From Lama guanicoe (Eukaryota), in the NCBI GenBank assembly GCA_013239625.1, contig MU053557.1, positions 4,928,123 through 4,992,122 on the forward strand: DNA of 64,000 nucleotides. The letters are read 5' to 3'. Of the stretch, positions 24,398-36,065 are shown one piece after another. The position numbers were made by a program, and so were the translations under genes. Position 1 is the stretch's first letter; each line of letters begins with the position of its first letter. The notes beneath the pieces are model-generated. The model worked only from the letters and a program-made list of their open reading frames with translations, was not told where the DNA came from and ran no database searches.

Positions 24398-27300
24398 AGA
24401 AATCAAAGCTGACATTCCTGATAGAATTCAGCCTAAGTTCAAATCTAGATGACATCACTGACAGAACTTTTAATTCTTGACTCTCAATATAATGTTCTTT
24501 TGAGTTCCCTTTATATTCAAGATCAGAATGTAGGGTCCAGCTAAACCTTTTCCTACAGCATTTCTAAAGTCCCCATTAAACAACATACCCCAGCAATGAG
24601 TTTCAGACAAGGAAAAGGCAGTATTCTAAAAAAAGAAAATAAGGTAAAGATAACAATCACCACTGAGTATTCACCATTCTCACCTGATCATTTTATTAGG
24701 TAAGTTCTAGTATAGTTCATGGTGATAAGAGAACTAACTTATAGTCTTACATACAGCCAAATCAACATCAAAGAAAAATAATATATAACTATGATTCAAA
24801 AGATCAACTTTTATACATATATATATATATATAAAACCTATACTGTCACGGAATGTATCTTATCAAGGATTAGCAGCACTAAAAAAAAAAAAATCAAACA
24901 TTCTTTTATGTCAACAGGGAGTGTGAGTTACACCAGTGAACCCATTTGTCAAAACTGATTCAATGGCACATTCATCTATATACTCTACTGTATGAAAATT
25001 ACATCTCATAAAAAAAATCCCATTAAGACAGGCATCAGCCTCTGTTAATGTACTAGTCATTCAGAATGTTATTTCTAGTCATTCACAATTTCAAGAGCCA
25101 CCTGAAATTGTACTGGAAACAAAAACAGTGACAAAAAGCATCATTTAAACTAAGTATTCATTTATACTATGAAAGCTATTAAGGTACTCATTTAACTCAA
25201 GAAAATTTGTTAAAACTCAAGGGCTGATGTTAAGAATATAACAGAATAAGCTTAATTAAATTTATAACATTTGCTTCAAATTCTAGTTTTCTCTTGTATA
25301 GACCTCTTGACATTAAATTTCCTTACTAAGTATGACCTATCATGAGAAAGCCTTACTAAAAGAGACTTTAGGTATAGCTTAAGTATTCTCTGAAACAAAA
25401 AGACCTAGCTATAAAAATGACCAATGCCAAGATAGTAAAATCCATGCACTATATAGAATGGTTTACAAGTATTTACTCAATTTTAAACACAAATAATGTC
25501 CAACAAAAGTTCTCATCCGGCAATCCATGGATTCAAAAGGGAGAGTAAGAATTATAAGCATCTAATTAAATATAATACAAACAATAGCTTACTTACAAGG
25601 ATCAGTTTCTTTGTATGACACCAAATGCCATAAAAGTAAAGGAGGCAAAATATGGCTCTGCAATATCAAATAAAAAGCTGTAGGGTATGTGAGTAGACAT
25701 AATTTGACCTTGACATAAAGGTGAAAATGGCTCACAGGAAAATTGGGAGTTAGGAGACTTCTAGAAACTCCTCTGACACTTAATAGTCTAATTTGTATCA
25801 TGAGGTGTTGGGCTGTCATCTCTCAGGTTTCACAAAGCTCAAAATGCTATCTAAGCACCATCACATTATTACATTACTAGAAATCCTGCACAAGACAAAA
25901 TAAGTACCTTTAGTATGCTCTATGAATTAAAATCGTGTTTCTCATGTATCCAATGATCTGTAATATTACCTCTCAAATAACAACATACCTAATGTAGATG
26001 TCATCTTTCTTCTCTGATAACAGCATGAGAACTTAATTTACAGGATATACGCTCAGTGCCAAAAGGTAAGATTAAAATTTAAGCTGCTTTTAACACTGAA
26101 GAGTAAGGATTAACTAGTACTTTTTATCTCCTAGAATATTTGACCTTCAGACAGGGCAAAAAGAAAAAGTGGTTAAATAAACAAGGGAACAAAAATTCTC
26201 CTATGCCATCTCATCTTCTTTATTCATGTTTTCCTCTAAAAATATATTCCATTAATTTACTTCCTCCTAACTGGTAGCCCATTTATCCATTGGAGACAGC
26301 ATTTTTAAGGTCCTGAGTGGTATCTCACTACTAAAATAACATTCAACAGTAAGATCTAGACAAAACATCAAACTATGATGAAATACTTTCTAGCTACGAT
26401 CATCTGAAAACAAATCTTAAGATTCAAAGCTGGAAGTTCTAAGATCAACGAGGCCAGTGACTTATGTAACTAGGGAAACTTGATCAAACAAAATCCTACC
26501 CAAAAGCTCAGCATGCGAAACTTTTTCCAGCAGAAGAAAAGGAAATCCTAAACTTTTCTGTCCAGCATTCTCCTTTCCTACTCCAATAAAATTAGAAAAT
26601 TACCAACTTGGTAAAATCCTCTTTTTATTTCAAAGATAAGGAAACTGATATGCCCAAAGAGGTTAAGGGGCTGACTGACCCCAGATCACATAGTCAAAAC
26701 CACATGGCAGATTTAGAGCTTGGTTATAACAGAAATGCTTCTTTAGAGAACAATTTAATTCACTTCAAAGTGACACAAAGAAAGGGAGGGTTGTAATAGA
26801 AATTTTAAAAGAGCTCCCAGATGTTAATTCACAAGGCCTAAGGTCTTTTAGTTTCTTAAAAATATCAAGAGACTGAATGCCATCCTCTCATTCTTGCTCT
26901 TTACACTGGATGCTACGCTTCTGTGTAACAACAGATCCCTTAGTAAGGTCCTCATTTACTAAGGATCTGATATGGGAGGTATGCTACACATGCCAGGTAA
27001 TTTTCAGCCATTGTTTTCAGGTATCTCATAGTATCTTTAAGAAAATGGTGGTAGGGAGGGTTGATTGGGGGAGGAGGTGGATATGAGGCGTACATACAGC
27101 AAAATCTAAAACTTTAAATTTACTGTCAACATTTCCAACGCTCTGGGTAATACACTGCCTTATTTAATCTAACTAAAGAGTCAATTTTATGCAATGCTTA
27201 CCAAGTAAATGTTTATTGAGTGTATACTGTATATAGTTGATGTGGAAATAGTGAGGAACAAACTGAGCTGAGAGGAAGATGTTACTACCTCAAATAAAGA

Positions 27301-29613
27301 GAGCTTTTACAAGTCTTTTTTATTTTCTCTACTTCAGCGGAAAAACAATTCTCACACTTTATTTTAATACCAATGACCCACCTTTGTTTCGTCCTGGGAC
27401 TATACCACTCCTAAAACAAATTTACTTTTCCCCCACCTTTATCCAATTACTACATTCTGTCTTGGAGACTACTCCCAGAAGCCACATTCTACTCCTGGAT
27501 GTCTTCCCCAACCAGTTCACCAAGCTATCTTCCTTAGAGCCAGATCCTGAAATCCCATCTCCTCTCCCTAGAAGCCTTAACTAGACAGTCAGGTTAATCT
27601 CTTCTTAGCTCCACCCACAGCTTAAAACCACAACTCTCTGCATTTAATATTTTACAATTTTGCTCACAAGTTAATTTCATTAATATATGTGCTTATACAG
27701 TATATTAACTATTGCTACCCTCTGTTGGTGTATATCAGTTGCCCTTAAATAAAATCTACCAGATAAAGGTGCGTGTATTTAATTTGGGTTTAGCAGTGAA
27801 AATGCCAGATGGTTAATGCTTTTTGAAAATGATTTCAGATATATTAAATTCAATCTGATCAGTGAAATTTAGAAAACCTCTGAACGTGGATGAATCTCAA
27901 AAGCATTATGCTAAGTTAGAGAAGCCAGACACAAAAGACCTCATACTTTATGATTGCATTTACATGTAATTCTAGGAAAACCTAGTGATGGAAAGCAAAT
28001 CAGTGGTGGCCAGGGTGAAGAGATGAAATTAAACGCAAAGGAATTTTAATTTTAGACTAATGCAACTGACATGTTTTTATCTTGTGAAGAGAAAAGCAAG
28101 ATATTTTAAACAAGATTTTCATTCTTCCACAATCACAAATTAATTTCCCACACAGCAGTTTTTTCTCTTAAGGGATGAAAAATCATTAAAAATCAAATTG
28201 GATCATCTCAGAATTCATGTTAGTTTTTACCTCATGGGATACACCTGGAATTTCCTTTCAAATAATTTGTTATCACTTCCAACCAATAAAAGATGTATTA
28301 TTTAACTTCTTCATTAAAAACGTCTATGAGCATTGGAAATTTTTTAAGAATAGTGTTACTTTGGTTTTTTTCACATCAGAATTAACGTAATATAATCCAG
28401 TCCATAATTCAAGATTTGAGGAACAGAGGCAGGAATAAGCTACAGTAAATACCATTCCAGTTAATTCTCAACTGTCTCTGCATCTTTTTGCAAAATTTAT
28501 TTTTGATTAATTGTTGGAAAATGGCTGGGTTTCCAACTATATTTTAGTCTATTTTAGGAAGAGACTCTTCAATCTCAAAAGTCAAACTATTCTAAAAATC
28601 CTTTAATCATTTAAAAGAACCCAATGTCTTCATCTGGTCATCTTTTATTCTCATTACTGTTACTATTTGCCTTCACCAATGTCCCATCTCCAAAAGAGGC
28701 CTCAATATTCTAAATGTGAGCAGTTACTGAGGAAGTTAACTCAACAGGTTAAAGTTACAGATCAAACTGTGGTTACATGATTAAGTTCTCTTTTAATACA
28801 ACTGAGTATCAATTTCAAAATAGTGCTGCTCCAACTGCCTTTGCCATTACCTATAAAAATTTAGTACAGACTGAAAAGTAGCCAATATTATTATTCTCAA
28901 AAGAGTAACACTTTTGAAAGGACTATGAAGTATTTTGCATAGTATAACTTAATTTCACATCGCATCTGCTGCAGAGATCACAGACTGTCATTATGCCATC
29001 TCCATCCTTGAACCCCACCGCTGCCTGCAGCTTTATTCTTGGCTTTTCAAAGGTTCAGTCACTCAAGGCTAAAGAGGGAATCAAAGAAGCATAACTTATG
29101 AACCTAAGCAGAGAAAAGGGTAGGAATATGTGGTTGAGTCACGTCGTTCCGCCATTTTCTAAGCGGAGGAGGAAGACATGTTGGAACAAAAACACAACAA
29201 AAGAGCAGCCATTTCCCAAGCCAGCTCCAATAGCAACCCGAACTGGCCGAGCCCGGTCACTTCGGCACCTTCAAATCCACTTCACTGGACAAAACCAAGA
29301 ACATCAGAGGTGTCCACGTAAAACAAGCCGCGGGCAACGCTTCCGCGTTGGGATCAAAGATGACCCGCACACTAAACTGCAAATGAAAACCTCAGGAAGA
29401 ATGATGGACGCTAAATGGAGGAGAAAGTAACAAACTGAAATTCTAAACTAAGTTGGCAAACCAAAATTTACTCTGATTGTGATGACTTACGGTTCTTAGG
29501 AAACCCAGGTTAACTCAAATGTCAAGAGCCGATTGAGCTGGTCGTATTAGCGGCCTCTTACACATCTCCCCCACTTCCCTCAGAGGATCGTCAATTTGCT
29601 TATGGATTCTTAC

Positions 29614-29720
29614 CGTATGTGGGGGATGCCGACCCCACCTTGAAGAATCTTATAGAGTTTGCTCTCGTACAGCAACTGGGGATGCCTGGCCTTCTGAGAT
29701 TCTAGCTTCACTGCCACTTC
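29614..29720 (-). CDS. CSNK1A1: CK1 alpha exon 2 ([36 protein letters not shown])
   Basis: 107 nt; acceptor ctgcag|GAA, donor CG|GTAAGA; contains the VAVK catalytic lysine. Confidence 0.98.
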
Positions 29721-30249
29721 CTGCAGGGGAAAGAGGGGATGATGGCATCAACATCCCTATGGATTCAATGTCACTTGGGAAAGGAGGGGGAGACATTAGT
29801 GAAGCTCCTACTCGCGACTATAAGGTGGAAGCGAGAGGCTGGGAAGAGAAAGGTCTCTTTGTAATTATAAAACGAAGCAACCAGCCTCAAAGTCCTCTTC
29901 AGGGGGTAGTGACGAAAGCGGCACGTCCTCTAAAATGCAGGAAAAGGATTCATCCAGAAAACGTAATGAGAGGTTAATGAAGGAGCCAGGCGATCGGAAG
30001 CTGCCCTAACTGAAACAAAAACCCCAGTAGAATTAAAGAATATATAAAGAAAAACACTGGGATCAGAGAAATAGGATTTTGCCGTCCCCACCTTAAACGA
30101 CGGTTTAAAAAGTTCGATTAAGGTATATTTTTAACAAGCTGGGAAACTTCACAGTATACCCAACCTTTCTCTCGGATTCTTTCCCTAAAAGGGAAAGAGA
30201 GGGGAGGAGGTTCCTAAGCCAGGAAAACTGGCTCCCTCTGGACTTCTGG

Positions 30250-31420
30250 GTGCATGCGTGCGGTGGGAAAAGGCCCGAACAGTTTGGGGATGGGGGTGAG
30301 GGGCGGTGAGGACAGGCGCGGCGTTGTCGTGAACCCCACCCCAGGTGGTTACCTCGCCGTTGGTGATGTTGATCGCCAGGTAAATGTCCCCGAAGGAGCC
30401 AGACCCGATCTTCCGTACCAGTTTATATTTCCCTCCGACAATGAATTCGGCCTTGGAGCCGCTGCTGCTCGCCATCCTGAGAGACGAAGATGGAGGCTGG
30501 GGCTAAGCCCCGACACCTCTAAGGGGAGGACGAAGGCCGCTAGAGCTCGTCCACCGAGCAAGGCTGCTGAGGGCGGCCGGAAATGGAAAACGTTGGCTTT
30601 CTCGGCGCTACAGGGACCAGGATCGGCCAAACGGAACCTGATCACCGCCGCTGTCAGGTTTCTTTTTGCCAGGCCGCAGATTGTTGAGGGGGTTCTGACG
30701 GTTACCAGTCTAGGCCACTTCTTTCTCGGCGGACGCCGCTGCCTCGTTTTCGCGGCGACGTCGCGGGCTGGAAAAGAGGCGCGGTGAGTTAGGGCGGCGA
30801 TACCGCTGCCACCACTGCCGCCGGCTCCCGCCCGGAGAGACCCCTGTCACTCCGCCGACGCCGCCATCTTGTTACTCCGGCTCCAGCCAACACAAAATGC
30901 CCCCAGTCCCCGGGAGCCGCTTCTTCACGGCGCAGAGCACTCTGGGAAAAGGATCGCGGGCGCTAGCCCCGGAGGGTCGACAGCAACAGGGAGGGCGGAA
31001 CCGGATCCGTGAGAGTCGCGGCCCACGCTCCGAGCGTCATCCCGTCACCGCCCAAATGCGCATGCGTACTGTAACCCTGCGGACTGCACAGGCGTGCGGT
31101 GGCCTCTCCTCACCCCCGCCCCGGGCTCATTTCCACTTCCGGTCGTCGGTTGTACCGCGGTTAACTACCTGTTAGTCACTTCAGACCGGTCCGGTTTCCG
31201 AGAGGCTGCGCGGCCTCAGGCCTCGAGAGCATGTTAGGGAGGAGTCACCTTCATTTTTCGTGGAGGTTGGAAGCGTCAGGCCTCCTTGGGAGTCGGGTAT
31301 TGACCTTTGCTCTTTGTTTGAGGCGGTTTTTAACATTTTCATCTTTACTGGGCGACTCCCCCAACCGGCCTATTACAGCCCATTTCTGTTTTGAACGAGG
31401 CTGTCGCCTCTGGTGGAGAG
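30250..31420. promoter_or_regulatory. CSNK1A1: CpG-island promoter and 5'UTR of CSNK1A1
   Basis: Dense CpG. YY1 (CAAGATGGCGGC, minus, ~30860-30871), ZNF143-like TTTCCCAGAGTGC (minus, ~30937-30949), NRF1 TGCGCATGCG (31057-31066), GC box (31114-31122), ETS/GABP ACTTCCGG (31135-31142); no obvious TATA box. Confidence 0.9.
30353..30475 (-). CDS. CSNK1A1: Casein kinase 1 alpha, coding exon 1 ([41 protein letters not shown])
   Basis: ATG at 30475; CK1alpha N-terminus with the GxGxxG glycine-rich loop; 123 nt ending at donor GAG|GTAACC. Confidence 0.98.
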
Positions 31421-34400
31421 AAAACGAAAAGCAGTCCTATGTGGGCTGCGTTTGTTTAGGGCCCCCTGTTTTAAGCGGAGTCTACTTAGTCTTAATTTTA
31501 GAGTTCTGCGCTTTATGGAGTGCTAGGGTCCCTCTTTCTACAGGAGGGGAAAAGAGGGAAAGCAGGAATTAACCCTGTTGCTCTGTCTTTGTGTTGTGTC
31601 CCTACTGATGATACTTGATCCCCAAAGAAAACAATATCCGAGTTATAATGTTAGTGGCGCATATATATAGTCAACAGGAAATAAGGCCTACAGTCGTGAA
31701 AAAACTGCACATAATGAAAGTTGTTATCCTCCCCCCCCAAAAATCCTTGAAAAATCCTATCTTAGTAGTGTTGAAAACTGCAGTTTTGACCCTAAAAACG
31801 TAAGAGTAGAAACAACTATTACAAAATAAAAATGACAACGTTTAAAACTTTACACAGTAAATTTTTTTTTTACTAAAAATTGATTAAAGAGTCAAATCTT
31901 GACCACATTTTGGTTTACAAAATTTCACCTGGAAAAGTTGGGCTTAGTAATGATGATCACAAAAGGAAGCTCCGTATTCATCGTCACCTGCAATATGAAT
32001 CAAACCCTGATGAATAAGTCACAGCCTCAGTAGTCAAAATTTAAATAAAAAATCCACCCCAAATAAAATAATTTCACTGAAACAGAAAAAAACCTACAGG
32101 CTTAACTGCCACTGAAAGCTGATCAGATAGTAATGGGGTTCATCCTGGAAGATAACTAGAATTCCTTTATGTTACTACTCTATTTTTAACTTAAATGTTT
32201 GTATTCATAAAGCTCTAACCTAAAAGTCTTGAATTTGAAAACAGGAAAAGAGAATTGCTCTAAGATTTAGCTTGAAGGTTTGAAATTTTGAGGCACTATC
32301 AAAACCCAGGCTGCCTGACTTACAAGTCAGCACTGTTAGACATTCTCCTTTGGTGACTCGAAAGCATGTCTGGCTTACTTCAAATTCTCTGCTGTTAAAT
32401 TTTGTTCTTTAAAAAAAAAAGTCAAGTGTAATCCTCTTGAAGTTTATAAGTTCCCAGAGATAGCTTCTATTCTGCTGATTTTCTACCACAGCCATCCAAA
32501 TTTTAATGGATTCCTCAGCCTAAGAAATTCTCCATGGGGGTATACATTTAAAGGGATTTTTTTTTTTTTTGGATGTAGTGAGGATATATATGCTCAACTG
32601 GGGGCTGAGGGTAACAGTGGGCTATGTGCATGGTGTGGACTAGATTAGGGCTTCCCAGAGGTCCGTGTGTGGACAGTGGACAAGTCTAACAAAGTTTTCC
32701 CATGAAATACTACAAAACTGCAGTATAATGCTTTTTTTCTTTAATTTATCTAATTTCAAATTATACTTTATTCTGAGATTATATCTTCCTACATGTGTGT
32801 TGTTAAAGTGTCCTTTTATAAAATGGTCCTAATGGTGGATGGTGGTTTTATTGATGTCCTTGTTTGGCAAAATTAGAAGTTGATGCTTTATGTCTGCCTT
32901 TTTTTCTCCCCATATTTTGTAAGCTTTTGAAATGCCATACTTTGGGACTTACTAGTCTAAATAACTTTTAGAAGCCCTTTCAACTCTGAGAGTCTTTGAT
33001 TTTATGTGTATATTTGGCGTGTTTCATTTGTTTCCTGCTTGCTGTAGTCAGTATTCCAGCATTGACAATATCCAGCAAAATGTACTAAAATGCTGTATGA
33101 GTTTTTGTAATCTTTTAAAATGTGATTTCAGTTGATTCCATCATAATATTTAAATTTATCAGATTTAAGAAGGGCAATAGTTGGGGGGTTTTTTGATGTA
33201 GGAAATGAAGTTTTTAGGCATTGGCTATGAATTCAGCTTTCTCCTTAAAATCATGTATTATCTGTAGTAACTTTCAGCCTCAGTAATTGAAGGATTACCT
33301 GTTTTGGGTGCTATTTTAGTTATGAATCATTCTTGTACTTTTGAGTCAGCAGCAGCTTTAGTGTAACAGAAGGCATCTTCTAAAATGTGCCAAAATGCCA
33401 TTCCCGACTCCTGGATCAGATGAATTCACCAAAAATATAATTTAAAGTATAGAATAAATATTTTAGATCTTGAATGTAATTTAGAAATCATCTAGTTCAA
33501 TAATCATATTTTTAAATGCTTTGCAATCTGTATAGTGCTTTCACACACAGCAGTTGTGCCTGACTAGGACAAAGTGTCTTGCCCAAGATCTTACAGATCT
33601 TAGTGGCAAAGAAAAGACTAGAACCTCAATCTCTAACTAAAAGAAAGAGAAAAAGAAAAGTGTGTAAGACAAATTGGGACAATCTTGCCCCAGTGATTAA
33701 TTCTGTTTTCGAAGAGAGGTCAAGATGAATTGAAAACTTTTTTTTCAAATCACAGTATTTACCCAAGGTAAGGTTACTGGTAGCCAGAGTGTGTTTTGAG
33801 TAAAATTATAAGGACAAGCACAAGAAGTATAGCTGGATGAAGTAAGGAGGAAAATAAAAACACAAGGGTGGCCTGCCCATCTCTGGAGTCCTTTGGTACA
33901 AATAAGTGGAAAAATGGAATACCTTAGAACATGACAAACTCTCAGGTGTTGTTTGACTGTTATAGAGCTTTGTGCATAATCAGTGTCAGATATGTGAATT
34001 AGTGGAGTGTTTGAAACAGGAGAACATTAGAAATGTGCTATTCATCAGAGTGATAATCCATTTAGTCTTTTTTCCAGTCTAAAAGAGTGACACCAATTTC
34101 TATGTCCCTTTCATGTCTCAGTTCCTGTTCTCTCCCTCTGCGTTGTTTACAGGGTTTTTTGAAAGTATATTGCTGAATCTATGATAGCAACTTCAAACAC
34201 TTTTGAGACATTCTTAAGTAAGCAAACATTTCTTAGTTTTTATGGAGTCGTTAACCATGAATGTATTTCAATTAATCTAACTCTGAACATATCTGTGTTT
34301 TTTTTTACCCGTATGGCTTCAAGATCTAAAGATTGATTAAGTTTCATATATATATATCACCTAATGATCTTTTAATAATCATGTACACATATAAAATGCC

Positions 34401-35909
34401 GATTGTTTTGTCCTTATAAAACTGACAAAATTTTAGAAAATTTAGATAAATCAGAAAAAAAGAAAAAAATCTCTTAGAGGTAATTACCAAATGTTAACAA
34501 TTTGTTGTATATAAATGTTCAGTCTTTTTTTTTCTATGCATATTATGTGTGTATTTGTATGTGTTGGGTATATCTATCAGTATGTGTATGTGTGTGCACA
34601 TGTATTTATTTTATTTCTTGAAATTTGCCACAAGTAGTCTTAGTGGGCATTCAGAATTGAGATCTGTTTTTTCACTTAATGATTTGTTTAAGACATGTTT
34701 CCATATGATTAAGTAATCTTCCGAAGTATCATTTTTAATGTCTACATATTAAATATGTATCATATTGACAGAACAACATTTAATCAATCCCAATGGAGTA
34801 TTTTAGTTATTTCCAAAGTTTTGCTAGTATAAATGAATATACTAGCTTTAATGAATAATTCTGTAGCTAAACCTTTGCCCATATTCAAAATTAATTGGTT
34901 AGAATATGTTTCTAGAAATGCTGCTGGAGTTAAAATCCCTGTATCATAAACAACAACTTCTGTTTTGGTACAGTCTGTGATGATTAAGCCCTATTCATGG
35001 ACTACCCTTCTCATTACTTATCTATACAGATTTATCTTTACAAATTTAAATCCTTGTCCTTTCATTCTGTTCTAGAAAGGGGTTTTTGGATTTTCTTTTT
35101 TGACCAGCCAGTTTTGTAAAAACCCAATCATTTTAATTAGAAGAGATCTTTTTTTTGCAAGTCCCCTGTTCCCTTCCCCACCCATTTCAAAATCTCAAGA
35201 ATTTTGCAACTGTGTGGTTTATAAGGAAGTGCTCATGAGACTGAAAGTGTCCCTTTTATGAACATTGTTAACAAGACACTTTAGCTGACCATTGGTAAAG
35301 CAATTGTATTCTATAGATACCCAGATTTAGTTGAAGGAGGAGGGAAAATCAGTTTCCTGTGAGAGAGAATGGGGATTAAAGGACCCTCAAAATTAAGAAT
35401 ATAGTTAATCAAGTATGAAAAACAGAATAATCTCATATATGTTCACATCTCCCATATTTTGCATGAGTTCAACTATTCCCGCAGAAATAAAAGTGTATTC
35501 CCACAAAAATAAATGTACAGGGTCTTAGAGATGGGGAAGAATCCAAATTGTCATTGTTCCCAAACTGAGGTCAATCCAAATTTACTATAGAAATCTTTTA
35601 AATGCTTGAGTTAAGCATTTCAGTGTACTTTGTTAAATGAGAAAGTATCATTTGTCACCTGTATGAATGCAATATTACTGTCTACATTTAGAGTAGCAGA
35701 GGACTAAGGAGTTTTCCTAACTTTAAGCAAGAGCCCATGGAAGCAATACTAGAGTAGTGGACATTTATTTTACTCTTAAAAAGTAGTTTGAAGTGGGATA
35801 GGAGAAACCAAATTATCCTTTCATTTGAGTGTTTATTTAAAGGCTGGGTTAAGAAAATGTATCCTAACCTAAGTATTCAGAAAAACTGAATTTTAATTAT
35901 GACTGTACT

Positions 35910-36065
35910 GGGGGATTGGGAGGGTAGAGGTTCAAGTAGTAGAGTGCATGCTTAGCATGCACGAGGTCCTGGGTTCAATCCCCAGTACCTCTAAAAATAA
36001 ATAAATAAATAAACCTAATTATCTCCCTCCCCACCTAAAAGCAAATAAATAAAAATTTTTTTTTG
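35910..36065 (+). mobile_element. tRNA-derived SINE (camelid vic-1-like)
   Basis: gtagagtgcatgcttagcatgcacgaggtcctgggttcaatccccagtacctc followed by (AAAT)n; homologous to the copy at 19931. Confidence 0.88.

Noticed and set aside
30254..30787. 177-aa antisense ORF and 98-aa GTG-initiated overlapping ORF in the CSNK1A1 CpG island
   Set aside because: Expected by-products of GC-rich, stop-poor sequence; no homology or other support
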